Source of the DNA: Bacillales bacterium
GTDB lineage: Bacteria; Bacillota_I; Bacilli_A; RF39; UBA660
Reading direction: 5' to 3'
Assembly (NCBI GenBank): GCA_016282155.1
Contig: JAEEJY010000020.1
Location: forward strand, 1,183-65,182
DNA length: 64,000 nt
Positions 1 to 9,555 of the stretch are shown in pieces (the first letter of the stretch is position 1; each line of letters begins with the position of its first letter). Made by a program: the position numbers and the translations under genes. Below the pieces are notes generated by a model that saw nothing but the letters and a program-made list of their open reading frames with translations, had not been told where the DNA came from and ran no database searches.

Positions 1-1476
1 ATAACTGCTTTTGTAGAACCTGAATTATTAAAGAGTGATTATAGTAAAATAGAAGAATTCTATAAAGAAAATCCAAGTTTAAAAGAATATCATAGATATT
101 TTGAAGAAATATATCGTTATAAAGAACATATTTTATCTTTAAAAGAAGAAACATTATTATCTAAACTTAGTGATAGTTTAGGAGCTCCTAGTGAGATATA
201 TGAAAAACTTACTGACTCAGATTTAACTTTTGGTAATATTATAGATGAAGAAGGTAAAGAAGTTGAATTAACAGATAGTAACTATAGTATCTATATAAGA
301 AGTAAAGACCGTAATGTTCGTAGGGCTGCTTTTAAAGAAATGTATAAAGCATATAAAGGTATTCTTAATACTTTAGCGTCTACTTATTATAATAACGCTA
401 AGGTAGAAGCTGTATCTGCAGAGTTAAGAAACTATCCTTCAGCTTTAGAAGCAAGTTTATATGCAGATAAAGTCTCAAAAGATATTTATAATAATTTAAT
501 TGATACAGTAAGTAAAAACCTAGATTCTTTATTTGAATATTATAATTTAAAGAAAGATGTATTAGGTTTAGATGAAATGCATTTATATGATGTATATGCT
601 GATATGGATACATCTAAAACTAAAGAATATGCTTTTGAAGAAGCTAGAGATATTGTCTTAGAAGCAATTAAACCTTTAGGAGACAAATATGTAAATGATG
701 CTAAAAAGGCCTTTACTGAAGGCTGGATTGATGTATGTGCTACAAAAGGTAAAAGAGGAGGAGCATACTCTTCAGGAGGATATGATACATATCCATATAT
801 GTTATTAAACTTTGAAGGTAATTTAAATGATGTATCAACAATTATTCATGAATTAGGTCATTCAATGCATTCATACTATTCAAAGAATAATAATACTTAC
901 CAAGAATATAATTATAGTATCTTTGTAGCGGAAGTTGCTTCAATTACTAATGAATTATTATTATATAAATATTTATTAGATAATAGTGAAGATAAAGCTA
1001 CTAAGTTACATATTCTAAATGGTTTAATGGATTTATTTAAGGGAACTTTATATCGTCAAACTATGTTTGCGGAATTTGAAAGAGATACGCATGAATTAGT
1101 TGAAAAAGATGAAATATTAACTCCAGATTTATTATGTGAAAATTATTATAAATTAAACCAAAAATACTTTGGTAAAGATGTAGTTGTTGATGAAGAAATT
1201 AAATATGAATGGGAAAGAATTCCACATTTCTACTATAATTTCTATGTATATAAGTATGCTACTAGTTTATGCGCTGCTACATATATCGCAACTAATATAT
1301 ATAATGGTAATAAAGACATTAGGGATAAATATTTAAAATTCTTAAGTTTAGGAGGATCAATGGATCCAATAGATGAATTAAAAGTAGCGGGTGTTGATAT
1401 GACTGATCCAAAAGTTATTGAAAGCGCTATTGGGATGTTTAGTGATACCATTAAAGAATACAAAAAGGTGATGTAA
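1..1476 (+). CDS. pepF: oligoendopeptidase F (M3 metallopeptidase), 5'-truncated by the window edge
   Basis: Frame 1 is open from base 1, with no stop before the track ORF at 340. HELGHSMH zinc motif. Overall PepF-like C-terminal pattern. Confidence 0.85.
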   Translation: MTAFVEPELLKSDYSKIEEFYKENPSLKEYHRYFEEIYRYKEHILSLKEETLLSKLSDSLGAPSEIYEKLTDSDLTFGNIIDEEGKEVELTDSNYSIYIRSKDRNVRRAAFKEMYKAYKGILNTLASTYYNNAKVEAVSAELRNYPSALEASLYADKVSKDIYNNLIDTVSKNLDSLFEYYNLKKDVLGLDEMHLYDVYADMDTSKTKEYAFEEARDIVLEAIKPLGDKYVNDAKKAFTEGWIDVCATKGKRGGAYSSGGYDTYPYMLLNFEGNLNDVSTIIHELGHSMHSYYSKNNNTYQEYNYSIFVAEVASITNELLLYKYLLDNSEDKATKLHILNGLMDLFKGTLYRQTMFAEFERDTHELVEKDEILTPDLLCENYYKLNQKYFGKDVVVDEEIKYEWERIPHFYYNFYVYKYATSLCAATYIATNIYNGNKDIRDKYLKFLSLGGSMDPIDELKVAGVDMTDPKVIESAIGMFSDTIKEYKKVM

Positions 1477-1477
1477 C

Positions 1478-2581
1478 ATGGAAAAAAGAGATTATTATGA
1501 GGTATTAGGTGTTAGTAAAACAGCTACGCAAGATGAGATAAAGAGTGCTTTCCGTAAACTTGCAAAGAAATACCACCCAGATATTAATAAAGATAAAGAT
1601 GCTCCAGAAAAATTTAAAGAGTGTCAAGAAGCATATGCTGTATTATCTGATGAAACTAAGAGAAAACAATATGATCAATTTGGTCATGCTGCATTTGATA
1701 ATAATGGAGCAGGATTTAATCCGGGAGGATTTGATTTCTCTAACTTTGATTTTGGTGATATTTTTGATGACATCTTTGGTGGTGGTTTCGGTTTTGGTGG
1801 ACGCAGTAATACACGTGCGCGTAAAGGTAGAGACTTACTTAAGAGAATATCAATTACTTTTGATGAAGCTGTTAATGGTTGTTTAAAAGAAGTAGAACTT
1901 GATATATATGAAGATTGTCATAAATGCCACGGACAAGGTGGTAGTGGAAGTAAGACTTGTCCAACATGTCATGGTAAAGGACAAGTAACCCAAGAACAAA
2001 GAACAATGTTTGGTTCATTTATGAGTAAATCAACATGTTCTACTTGTGGCGGAAAAGGAACTATCTTTGAAAACACTTGTAATGAATGTAAGGGAACAGG
2101 TAAAATTAAAAAACACGTTGTTAAGAAAGTTCGAGTTCCCGCTGGTATAAACACTGGTAACCAATTATGTATTGAAGGTGCTGGTGAGATGGGCGTTAAT
2201 GGTGGTCCTAACGGAGATATCTATTTAGAATTCTCAGTTAAAGATCATCCAATATACCATCGTCAAGGTAATGATATATACCTAGAACTTCCTATTAGTG
2301 TAACAGACGCTATTTTAGGATGTAAAAAAGAAGTTCCAACTATTTATGGAACAGTTAAATTAACTATCCCAGCGGGTAGTGAAACAGGAGATAAACATCG
2401 TCTAAAAGGTAAAGGTGTTCAAGGAGTTAATAGTTTATTAAAGGGAGATATGTATGTTGTATTAGATGTAGTTATCCCAAGTAAACTATCTAAAGAACAA
2501 AAGAAACTAATTGAAGCTTTATCTAAAACCGATTTAGAAGACGATAGTAGATTTAAATTAATAAAGAAATATGTTGATTAA
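1478..2581 (+). CDS. dnaJ: molecular chaperone DnaJ
   Basis: J domain (YYEVLGV ... KKYHPD), G/F-rich linker, four CxxCxGxG zinc-finger repeats, and a C-terminal substrate-binding domain. Confidence 0.95.
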   Translation: MEKRDYYEVLGVSKTATQDEIKSAFRKLAKKYHPDINKDKDAPEKFKECQEAYAVLSDETKRKQYDQFGHAAFDNNGAGFNPGGFDFSNFDFGDIFDDIFGGGFGFGGRSNTRARKGRDLLKRISITFDEAVNGCLKEVELDIYEDCHKCHGQGGSGSKTCPTCHGKGQVTQEQRTMFGSFMSKSTCSTCGGKGTIFENTCNECKGTGKIKKHVVKKVRVPAGINTGNQLCIEGAGEMGVNGGPNGDIYLEFSVKDHPIYHRQGNDIYLELPISVTDAILGCKKEVPTIYGTVKLTIPAGSETGDKHRLKGKGVQGVNSLLKGDMYVVLDVVIPSKLSKEQKKLIEALSKTDLEDDSRFKLIKKYVD

Positions 2582-2618
2582 AACATATTTCTTTTAGTAT
2601 AATTAAGATGGTGATAGT

Positions 2619-3062
2619 ATGAAAAAAGGTTTTACTTTAGTTGAATTATTAGCTGTTATCACAGTACTAGCTATTATCACAGTAATTGCAGTTCCAACAG
2701 TAAGTCGTTCAATTGAAAATTCAAAACAAAAATCTCACGATATTCAAATTAAGAAGATGAAAGAAATGTTTCAAAGTTATTTGTCTCAAGTGGATGAAGA
2801 AGAGTTAAAGGAAATTTATGTGAAATATAATGGTATAGATATGTACTGTACTAGATCCGATGGTAGTATGTATGAAGCAGGAGCTAAGTATTTACTTTTT
2901 GATCCTAGTTTTCTTGTTGAAAAAGGATATCTTGAGAATTCTAAGATAATTGATCCCTTAACCGGTGAAGAATTTACTGGTAAATTTGCAGTTTCTCGTA
3001 ATTGTTGCCCTCATAAATATATAATAACTTATGTTGATTATTGTAGAGAGATTGCAGACTAA
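2619..3062 (+). CDS. prepilin-type N-terminal cleavage/methylation domain protein (pseudopilin-like), copy 1
   Basis: N-terminus MKKGFTLVELLAVITVLAIITVIAV has a short basic leader, a G|FTLxE context and a hydrophobic helix. The variable C-terminal part contains 4 Cys. SD GGTGA lies 4 nt upstream. Confidence 0.8.
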   Translation: MKKGFTLVELLAVITVLAIITVIAVPTVSRSIENSKQKSHDIQIKKMKEMFQSYLSQVDEEELKEIYVKYNGIDMYCTRSDGSMYEAGAKYLLFDPSFLVEKGYLENSKIIDPLTGEEFTGKFAVSRNCCPHKYIITYVDYCREIAD

Positions 3063-3688
3063 TGCGATTAAGAAAAATTAAAGGTGCAACAGATAGAATA
3101 AACTTATCAAATTATATAGTAAAAGATTATAAAGAATATAAAGGTCAATTTAAAACGTTATTTAATAACGACAATCCTATTCATGTAGAAATAGGGATGG
3201 GAAAAGGTAATTTCATTATTGGTAAAGCTTTAGCAAACCCAGATATCAATTTTATAGGAATCGAAAAGTTTGATAGTGTTTTAGTACGCGCAGTAGAAAA
3301 AGTAGATGAACTTAATCTACCTAACTTAAAACTTATCATGATGGATGCTAAAGAATTAAATGAGGTATTTGATAAAGAGATAGATACTTTATATCTAAAC
3401 TTCTCAGATCCATGGCCTAAGAAAAGACATGCTTTAAGAAGATTAACAAGTATAACATTCTTAAAAGAATATGATAATATCTTTAAAAATAAAAAGACTA
3501 TTATTCAAAAAACAGATAATCGTAAATTATTTGAGTATTCTTTAATGTCATTTGTTGATTATGGATATAAGATAGAAGAAATATCTTTAGATTTATACAA
3601 AGATGAAATTGCGGATAATATCCCAACGGAATACGAAATCAAATATCGTGATAAAGGTCCGATATATATGGTCAAAGTATCATTGTAA
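3062..3688 (+). CDS. trmB: tRNA (guanine46-N7)-methyltransferase
   Basis: EIGMGKG SAM-binding motif and FSDPWPKKRH motif typical of TrmB. TAATG stop/start overlap with the upstream gene. Confidence 0.85.
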   Translation: MRLRKIKGATDRINLSNYIVKDYKEYKGQFKTLFNNDNPIHVEIGMGKGNFIIGKALANPDINFIGIEKFDSVLVRAVEKVDELNLPNLKLIMMDAKELNEVFDKEIDTLYLNFSDPWPKKRHALRRLTSITFLKEYDNIFKNKKTIIQKTDNRKLFEYSLMSFVDYGYKIEEISLDLYKDEIADNIPTEYEIKYRDKGPIYMVKVSL

Positions 3689-3763
3689 ATTGACATGTCA
3701 AATGTAATAAAAACTATTGAAAAATAGTTTTTTTTGATATAATGAAATCGTAGAAGGTGTAAT

Positions 3764-4369
3764 ATGAAAAAGCTTATTTTAGTATTACTTTCCACATTAC
3801 TTCTAACAGGTTGTACTGTAGTTAGAATTGATACGGAAAAAATAGATAATATTATTAATGTTGTTCTTTCTAAAAATAATAAATTATATAATCATACAGG
3901 TAAAGGTTATAAGTATTATTTACCTCAAGGAACAATTAATATAGATACAAGTGAATACAATGAAAAATTATATGCAAGAGGTAATTATTATTATTTATAT
4001 GTTGATATTAATAGTTTCTATTATAAAACGGAATTTGAATATGAAGAAAATAAAGATGCTTATTATTCAAGATATCTAGATATTAATGGTAAAAAGGGAT
4101 ATCTAGAAATAAATGAAATAGATGGTTTATATTTAATTGAATTTACTTATAATTATGCAAAGATAGAAGCATTAGTTGAGGAAGCAAGTATTAATTCCGT
4201 AATACTTGATGCAACCTATATACTATCAACAATGAAATATAATACTGATGTTATTAAGATAGTTTTAAATGAAGACTATTTTACTAATAAAGATGTAGTA
4301 TATGATATATTCACTCCTAAAAAACAAAGTAGTGATGCTCTAGGATATAATGAAGAGGAGGCAAAATAA
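3764..4369 (+). CDS. lipoprotein, unknown function
   Basis: Signal peptide ending in the lipobox LLLTGC. Y/N-rich mature part. Confidence 0.7.
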   Translation: MKKLILVLLSTLLLTGCTVVRIDTEKIDNIINVVLSKNNKLYNHTGKGYKYYLPQGTINIDTSEYNEKLYARGNYYYLYVDINSFYYKTEFEYEENKDAYYSRYLDINGKKGYLEINEIDGLYLIEFTYNYAKIEALVEEASINSVILDATYILSTMKYNTDVIKIVLNEDYFTNKDVVYDIFTPKKQSSDALGYNEEEAK

Positions 4370-5310
4370 TGGCTTTTAAAGATAAATTAAACAAAATAGG
4401 TAAATGGTTTGTTGAATATGAAGATGAAGAAGTAGAAAATGATACAATTAATAGTAATTGTACACATGTAACTATTCCAACTCCTGAAGTTAAAAAAGAA
4501 GAAACTCATGAGTATGAACCAAATCCTAAATATGATGAAGATTTTGATCGTTCTAAATTATTTGAGGAACCTGTTAAAACTAAGGAAGAACCTAAAAAAG
4601 AAACTAACTTAGTAGAAGAATATATGACAGATATAATGCCAAAAGAAGAGAAACCTCGTATTCGTGATTTCTTTGGTGATGATGAAGTAGAAGAAGTAAA
4701 AGAAACACCAAAACCAAAATTATATAATGAATATAAATATACTAGAGAAGAAACTGTTCTTAAACCAACAAGTTATGGTTTATATAAGGAGGAAAAGAAA
4801 ATCTTCCAACCAACACCAATTATTTCTCCAGTATATGGAGTATTAGATAAGAATTATCAGAAAGAAGATATACGTGATAAAAATAAGAAAGGTAAGCCTG
4901 TTATCTATAGTCAATTTGATAAAATAGATGTTGACGATATTAGAAAAAAAGCTTATGGGACTTTAGAAGATGAATTAAATGATTCGATGGAAGAAGTTCG
5001 TAATGATGCGATTATCTTTAATAATGATATTGATTCAAGATTAGAAGATGATATAGAAATATCAGATTATGAGGAACAACCTATTGATATTTTTAAAGAA
5101 CTTGCTAAGAAAGATGCTTTAGATGATTTACTTGATAATTATAATATCAAAGATGATGATAAATTAGATGAAATAGATGAAGAATACGAAGAACCAACTG
5201 AAGAGGAAATTGAAGATACATATGAAGATTCTTACGAAGATAATGATGGTTTAGAAGATGATGATCTATTTGGTTTAATTGATTCAATGTATAATAAGGA
5301 GGAAGAATAA
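4369..5310 (+). CDS. highly acidic E/D/K-rich protein, unknown function
   Basis: 313-aa ORF joined to both neighbours by TAATG overlaps. No TM segment. The acidic tail is low-complexity. Confidence 0.6.
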   Translation: MAFKDKLNKIGKWFVEYEDEEVENDTINSNCTHVTIPTPEVKKEETHEYEPNPKYDEDFDRSKLFEEPVKTKEEPKKETNLVEEYMTDIMPKEEKPRIRDFFGDDEVEEVKETPKPKLYNEYKYTREETVLKPTSYGLYKEEKKIFQPTPIISPVYGVLDKNYQKEDIRDKNKKGKPVIYSQFDKIDVDDIRKKAYGTLEDELNDSMEEVRNDAIIFNNDIDSRLEDDIEISDYEEQPIDIFKELAKKDALDDLLDNYNIKDDDKLDEIDEEYEEPTEEEIEDTYEDSYEDNDGLEDDDLFGLIDSMYNKEEE

Positions 5311-5603
5311 TGGAGACATTAAATGAAATATTTCCAATTATATTATATGGTTTATTAATTGTACTTGTTATTACACTAATTGTTTTAGCAATTAAATTAA
5401 TTGGTACACTACGTAAGGTAGATGAAGTAGTAGATGATGTTAATGGCAAAGTAAAAAGTCTAAACGGAGTATTTAATGTTATTGATACTGCAACAGATGC
5501 GATATCTGGTGTTAGTGATAAAATTGTTTCAATTATCTCGGGTGCTATCGGTGCCTTAGTGAAAAAGAAAACAAAGAAAAAGGAGGAAGAAGAAGATGAG
5601 TAA
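5310..5603 (+). CDS. DUF948-like (YtxG-type) small membrane-anchored stress protein
   Basis: A single N-terminal TM helix followed by a helical V/D/K-rich segment. Sits directly upstream of a YtxH-like gene, as in Bacillus ytxG-ytxH. Confidence 0.6.
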   Translation: METLNEIFPIILYGLLIVLVITLIVLAIKLIGTLRKVDEVVDDVNGKVKSLNGVFNVIDTATDAISGVSDKIVSIISGAIGALVKKKTKKKEEEEDE

Positions 5604-6003
5604 GAAAAAGAAAGGCGGATTTTTTAAATTTTTAGCTGGTATTGGTATTGGTGCTGCAGCAGGAGTTTTATTTGCTCCTAAAAAAGGATCTGAATCAAGA
5701 AAAGAATTAAAAGCTAAATTAGATGAAATGGTTGCTAACTTAAAAGAAGTAGATGTAGATGAAGTTAAAGAAAAAATTGAAGCTAAAGTATATGAAATCG
5801 AAGAAGCTTTAAAAGATTTAGATAAAGAAAAAGCAGTAGAACTTGCTAAAAAGAAAGGTGAAGAAATCAAAGATATGGCAATGGAACTTGCTGATTATGC
5901 TATTGATAAAGGAACACCTATATTAAAAGAAGCTGCTAAAGCTGCTAAAGAAAAAACAATTGTAGTTGTAAAAGAAATATTAAAAAATTTAGAAGAAAAA
6001 TAA
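5596..6003 (+). CDS. YtxH-like general stress protein
   Basis: N-terminal GGFFKFLAGIGIGAAAGVLFAPKKGSESR followed by K/E-rich amphipathic helices. Overlaps the previous gene by 8 nt. Confidence 0.7.
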   Translation: MSKKKKGGFFKFLAGIGIGAAAGVLFAPKKGSESRKELKAKLDEMVANLKEVDVDEVKEKIEAKVYEIEEALKDLDKEKAVELAKKKGEEIKDMAMELADYAIDKGTPILKEAAKAAKEKTIVVVKEILKNLEEK

Positions 6004-6044
6004 TTTTTTCTTCTTTTTTTTGCGCTTTAAAAAAATATTTCCCA

Positions 6045-6073
6045 TTGAAATAATATGGCTCTTATAGTATAAT
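6045..6073 (+). promoter_or_regulatory. sigma-A type promoter, TTGAAA-17-TATAAT
   Basis: TTGAAA at 6045-6050, TATAAT at 6068-6073, spacing 17 nt, 18 nt upstream of the SD/ATG at 6092. Confidence 0.6.
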
Positions 6074-6091
6074 TAGAATGAGGTGTAAGGT

Positions 6092-6538
6092 ATGAAATTT
6101 ATTAAAAATCATAAAGTTGAATTTGCTTTATTAATGGTTGTAGTAACCCTTATTTTAGTATTCGGAATTGTATTCTGTGTAATGTGGTTTTCTGGATCAA
6201 ATAATGAATATGGCAATAGATTAGAAGGTATTGATAAAGTAAAATTATCTGATGGTTATATTAAGGACATAGATGAAGAACTTAAAAAAGAAGAATTTGT
6301 AAAAAGTGTTAAACATACTTTAGAAGGTCGCTTAGTAAGTTTTATTGTTACTGTTGAAGATGATACTGATGTTACTAAAGCTGAAGCTTTAGGTGAAAAA
6401 ATAATTGCTAATTTTGAGGAAAAAGAATTAGCATATTATGATATCCAATTATATTTAAAAGATTCTAAAAATGATGAAGAGTCTAAATATCCTGTAATCG
6501 GATATAAACATAAGACAGAAGAAAATTTTGTATGGTAG
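6092..6538 (+). CDS. membrane-anchored hypothetical protein
   Basis: N-terminal TM helix (FALLMVVVTLILVFGIVFCVMWF). SD GAGGTG upstream. Confidence 0.6.
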   Translation: MKFIKNHKVEFALLMVVVTLILVFGIVFCVMWFSGSNNEYGNRLEGIDKVKLSDGYIKDIDEELKKEEFVKSVKHTLEGRLVSFIVTVEDDTDVTKAEALGEKIIANFEEKELAYYDIQLYLKDSKNDEESKYPVIGYKHKTEENFVW

Positions 6539-6545
6539 GTGGATT

Positions 6546-8591
6546 ATGAGACGTAGAAGAAGATTATTAGTATTCTTTATTATTCTTCTTGTAGTTTTAG
6601 CAGTAGGAACTGTTTTATATATATTTACGAAAGAAGATAAAGAATCAACATTAAATTTATTTGAAAAGCAATGGATTGAAAATAACAAAAATAAAATGAT
6701 TGATTTTGGTATTGTTAATAATATTGCTGTACTAAACTCATCAACAGATAGTTTAGTATTTGATTATATTAATAAACTTGAAAAATCAACAGGCTTAGAA
6801 TTTAATAAAGTTTCATACGATTACGAGGATGAAATCAAAGAGGATTATGGATTTAAAGTAGGTCGTAAGAAAAATAAAAATGATATCACTGTATATGTTG
6901 ATAACTATGTATTAGTAAGTAAAACTAATAAAAAATATAATAGTGTTCAAGAAATACCTGTTAAACAAGTTTTAGTTAAGAGTGATTTACTTGAAGAAGC
7001 AAATAAATATTTAGATAATGAAAACTTTACTTTCCGTGCAACAGAAAGAAGTTATTTAGAAGAAATTGAAAATTATTCATTTAGTGATACTGCTGATTAT
7101 TACATCTTAATGCCTAAGTTATTATTCTTAAGTTATTATGAAAGTTATAAAGATGTATATATTAATTACAACATTTCTGAGTTAAAAGATTATTACACTA
7201 TTAGTTTAGGTAAAACTAAAAAATTAAATGATATTTTAACTAAATATTATAAGAAATGGGAAAAAGAAAACTATACTGAATTATTTGGTACAGCTTATAC
7301 TGATGCTTACTACAACTATAGTGGTGCTACAGAACAAGCTAAAGTAAAATTTAGAAGTAAGAGATATGTTTATGGATTTGTTGATAATTCACCATTTGAT
7401 ATTGAAGCAAATAACAAATTATATGGTATTAGTAGTACAATCTTAAAAGATTTTGCTCATTTAACTAAAGTTGAAATTAAATATAAAAAATATTCTAGTA
7501 TCAGTAAATTACAAAAAGCATTTAGTAAGAATGAAATTGATTTTATGATTAATCGTTATGGTAAATACGATTATAAGACTGATACTTATAATACTGTTTC
7601 TGTATTTGATGAGGAAATAGTATTAGCGTCTAAATTAAATAATAGTGTTGTTATTAATTCTTTAAATTCTTTAAGTGATACTGAAGTAGGAGTATTAAAA
7701 TCTACGAAGATTGCGGAAGAATTAAAGAAAAAAGCTAAATTAAAAGAATATGATACTTTAAAAGAACTAATGCGTTCTAAAGGAATAATTGCTATTGATA
7801 AAGCAACTTATGATTTCTATAAAGATAAATATTTTAAAGATTATAAGATTGATTATACTTACAATTTAAAAAGTGATTATACATATTTAGTAAGAGATAT
7901 AAAAGATAATAAAGTATTTGAAGAATTCTTTAATTTCTATTTAACATTTATTAATGATCGTACAATTTATGTTGATGGATATAATGATGCATTATTATCA
8001 ATTAACGAAAATAATTTTGTTAAATATTTAATTATTGCTGGTTGTGAATTAGTTGCTTTACTTGTAGTGTTCTTTATAGGTGGAAGATTTGCTCCTCATA
8101 AAAAACATGAAAAACGTCGCAAATTAAATATTAAGAAAGAAGATAAGTTAAGATATATCGATATGTTAACATCTCTAAAAAATCGTAATTATTTAAATGA
8201 TAATATTGAAAAATGGGATGAATCAGAAGTTTATCCACAATCAATAATTATTATTGATTTAAATAATATTGCTTACATAAATGATAATTATGGACATCAA
8301 GAAGGAGATAACGTCATTAAAGAAGCTGCGGGAAAACTTATAACTCTTCAAATACCAAATAGTGATATTATAAGAACTAATGGTAATGAATTCTTATTAT
8401 ATCTAGTTGGTTATGATGAAAAACAAGTAGTAGCTTATACTAAGAAATTAATGAAAGAATTAAAAGAAATATCACACGGTTTTGGTGCTGCTATTGGATA
8501 CAGTATGATAACTGATGGTATTAAGACTATTGATGATGCAGTTAATGAGGCAACTCTTGATATGCGTCAAAATAAAGAAGAAACTAATTAA
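6546..8591 (+). CDS. membrane protein with an extracytoplasmic domain and a C-terminal degenerate GGDEF domain
   Basis: N-terminal TM, a roughly 480-aa external region, a second TM, then GGDEF-domain landmarks (LTSLKNRNYL, IIIDLNNIAYINDNYGHQEGD). The signature is NGNEF (8379-8393) instead of GG(D/E)EF. I prefer the ATG at 6546 over the TTG at 6528. Confidence 0.75.
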   Translation: MRRRRRLLVFFIILLVVLAVGTVLYIFTKEDKESTLNLFEKQWIENNKNKMIDFGIVNNIAVLNSSTDSLVFDYINKLEKSTGLEFNKVSYDYEDEIKEDYGFKVGRKKNKNDITVYVDNYVLVSKTNKKYNSVQEIPVKQVLVKSDLLEEANKYLDNENFTFRATERSYLEEIENYSFSDTADYYILMPKLLFLSYYESYKDVYINYNISELKDYYTISLGKTKKLNDILTKYYKKWEKENYTELFGTAYTDAYYNYSGATEQAKVKFRSKRYVYGFVDNSPFDIEANNKLYGISSTILKDFAHLTKVEIKYKKYSSISKLQKAFSKNEIDFMINRYGKYDYKTDTYNTVSVFDEEIVLASKLNNSVVINSLNSLSDTEVGVLKSTKIAEELKKKAKLKEYDTLKELMRSKGIIAIDKATYDFYKDKYFKDYKIDYTYNLKSDYTYLVRDIKDNKVFEEFFNFYLTFINDRTIYVDGYNDALLSINENNFVKYLIIAGCELVALLVVFFIGGRFAPHKKHEKRRKLNIKKEDKLRYIDMLTSLKNRNYLNDNIEKWDESEVYPQSIIIIDLNNIAYINDNYGHQEGDNVIKEAAGKLITLQIPNSDIIRTNGNEFLLYLVGYDEKQVVAYTKKLMKELKEISHGFGAAIGYSMITDGIKTIDDAVNEATLDMRQNKEETN

Positions 8592-9505
8592 TGAAAAAGT
8601 TATTCGAACGTTTTAAAAGATATACAAAGAGAGTATTTAAGATTATAGCTCGTCCAGAGATGGCTATATTACCGGGAGAAATATCATTCTTCGTTGTACT
8701 TTCCTTTATCCCAATGCTTACTTTAGTTGGTTTAATCGCATCAAGATTTTCTATATCATTAACTAACTTTATAAGTACGCTTTCGATAAGTTTACCTAGT
8801 ACAATAACAAATGTTATTGTTCCGGTATTAAGCTCTCCTGGAAGTATATCAATATATTCAATTATCTTCGGTTTCTATTTAGCGAGTAATGGTACACATT
8901 CAATTATTATCGCATCTAATACAATGTTTAAAATAGATAATGCCGATTGGTTAAAAAGAAGAATAAAAGCTTTAATGATGTTAGTTATCTTAGTACTATT
9001 ATTCTTGTTCTTGATTTTAGTACTAGGATTTGGTAATACCTTATTTACTTTATTTATTGATTTATTAAAGATTAAATTACCAGTATTTGTTTATTATATC
9101 TTAAGTGTTGTAAAAACACTTGTCAGTTTACTTGTTATTTATATTCTTGTTAAAATAATTCTTAAGTTTGCACCTGACGCTGATATTCCAAGTCGTAGAA
9201 TGACAAGAGGAGCTTTATTTATAACTTTATCTTGGTATGTAGCTACATGGGTATATTCATTATACGTAAATAATTTTGCTAACTATAACGTGTTCTATAG
9301 TAGCCTTGCTAATATCGTTGTTTTAATGACATGGATTTATATATTATCATTTACTCTTGTTATTGGAATTGCGGTAAATAGTGAAAATTATATTTATGAG
9401 ATGAAAGTTGAACAAGAAATAAGAGAAAAAGAACAAGAAGAGTTAGAAAAAACAATTAAATTAAGATTAGAAGAAAACAAAGTGGAACTTGAAAAAGAAG
9501 ACTAA
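8591..9505 (+). CDS. YihY/BrkB-family membrane protein
   Basis: Six or so TM segments. N-terminus pattern (ILPGEISFFVVLSFIPML) typical of YihY. TAATG overlap with the upstream gene. Confidence 0.7.
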   Translation: MKKLFERFKRYTKRVFKIIARPEMAILPGEISFFVVLSFIPMLTLVGLIASRFSISLTNFISTLSISLPSTITNVIVPVLSSPGSISIYSIIFGFYLASNGTHSIIIASNTMFKIDNADWLKRRIKALMMLVILVLLFLFLILVLGFGNTLFTLFIDLLKIKLPVFVYYILSVVKTLVSLLVIYILVKIILKFAPDADIPSRRMTRGALFITLSWYVATWVYSLYVNNFANYNVFYSSLANIVVLMTWIYILSFTLVIGIAVNSENYIYEMKVEQEIREKEQEELEKTIKLRLEENKVELEKED

Positions 9506-9555
9506 TTTGTCTTCTTTTTTTATATTTTTATGCTATAATTATAATAGGTGATAGT

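Noticed and set aside
1478-2581. dnaJ without hrcA-grpE-dnaK as a sign of a pseudo-operon or a horizontally acquired chaperone.
   Set aside because: The gene is intact with all canonical domains and native-looking composition. A split dnaK/dnaJ arrangement is a gene-order variation, not evidence of anything unusual by itself. It is mentioned only under the lepA-hemW finding.
2619-3062. A comG competence operon or type IV pilus operon.
   Set aside because: Only the pilin-like genes are present at each of the three loci. No ATPase, platform protein or prepilin peptidase is adjacent.
4369-5310. Repetitive GAA/GAT-rich DNA as a possible tandem repeat or CRISPR-like array.
   Set aside because: It is an uninterrupted reading frame encoding an E/D-rich tail. 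There are no regularly spaced identical repeats or spacers. No CRISPR array is present anywhere in the window.
6528-6545. Upstream-extended start codons offered by the ORF track: 6528 TTG, 22163 GTG, 23958, 24469 GTG, 25889 GTG, 33910 TTG, 51436, 56003, 56800 TTG and 62086.
   Set aside because: In each case an in-frame ATG a few codons downstream has a properly spaced SD (GGTGA/GGAGG type). The extension either overlaps the -10 element, lies upstream of the likely transcription start, or sits too close to the SD.
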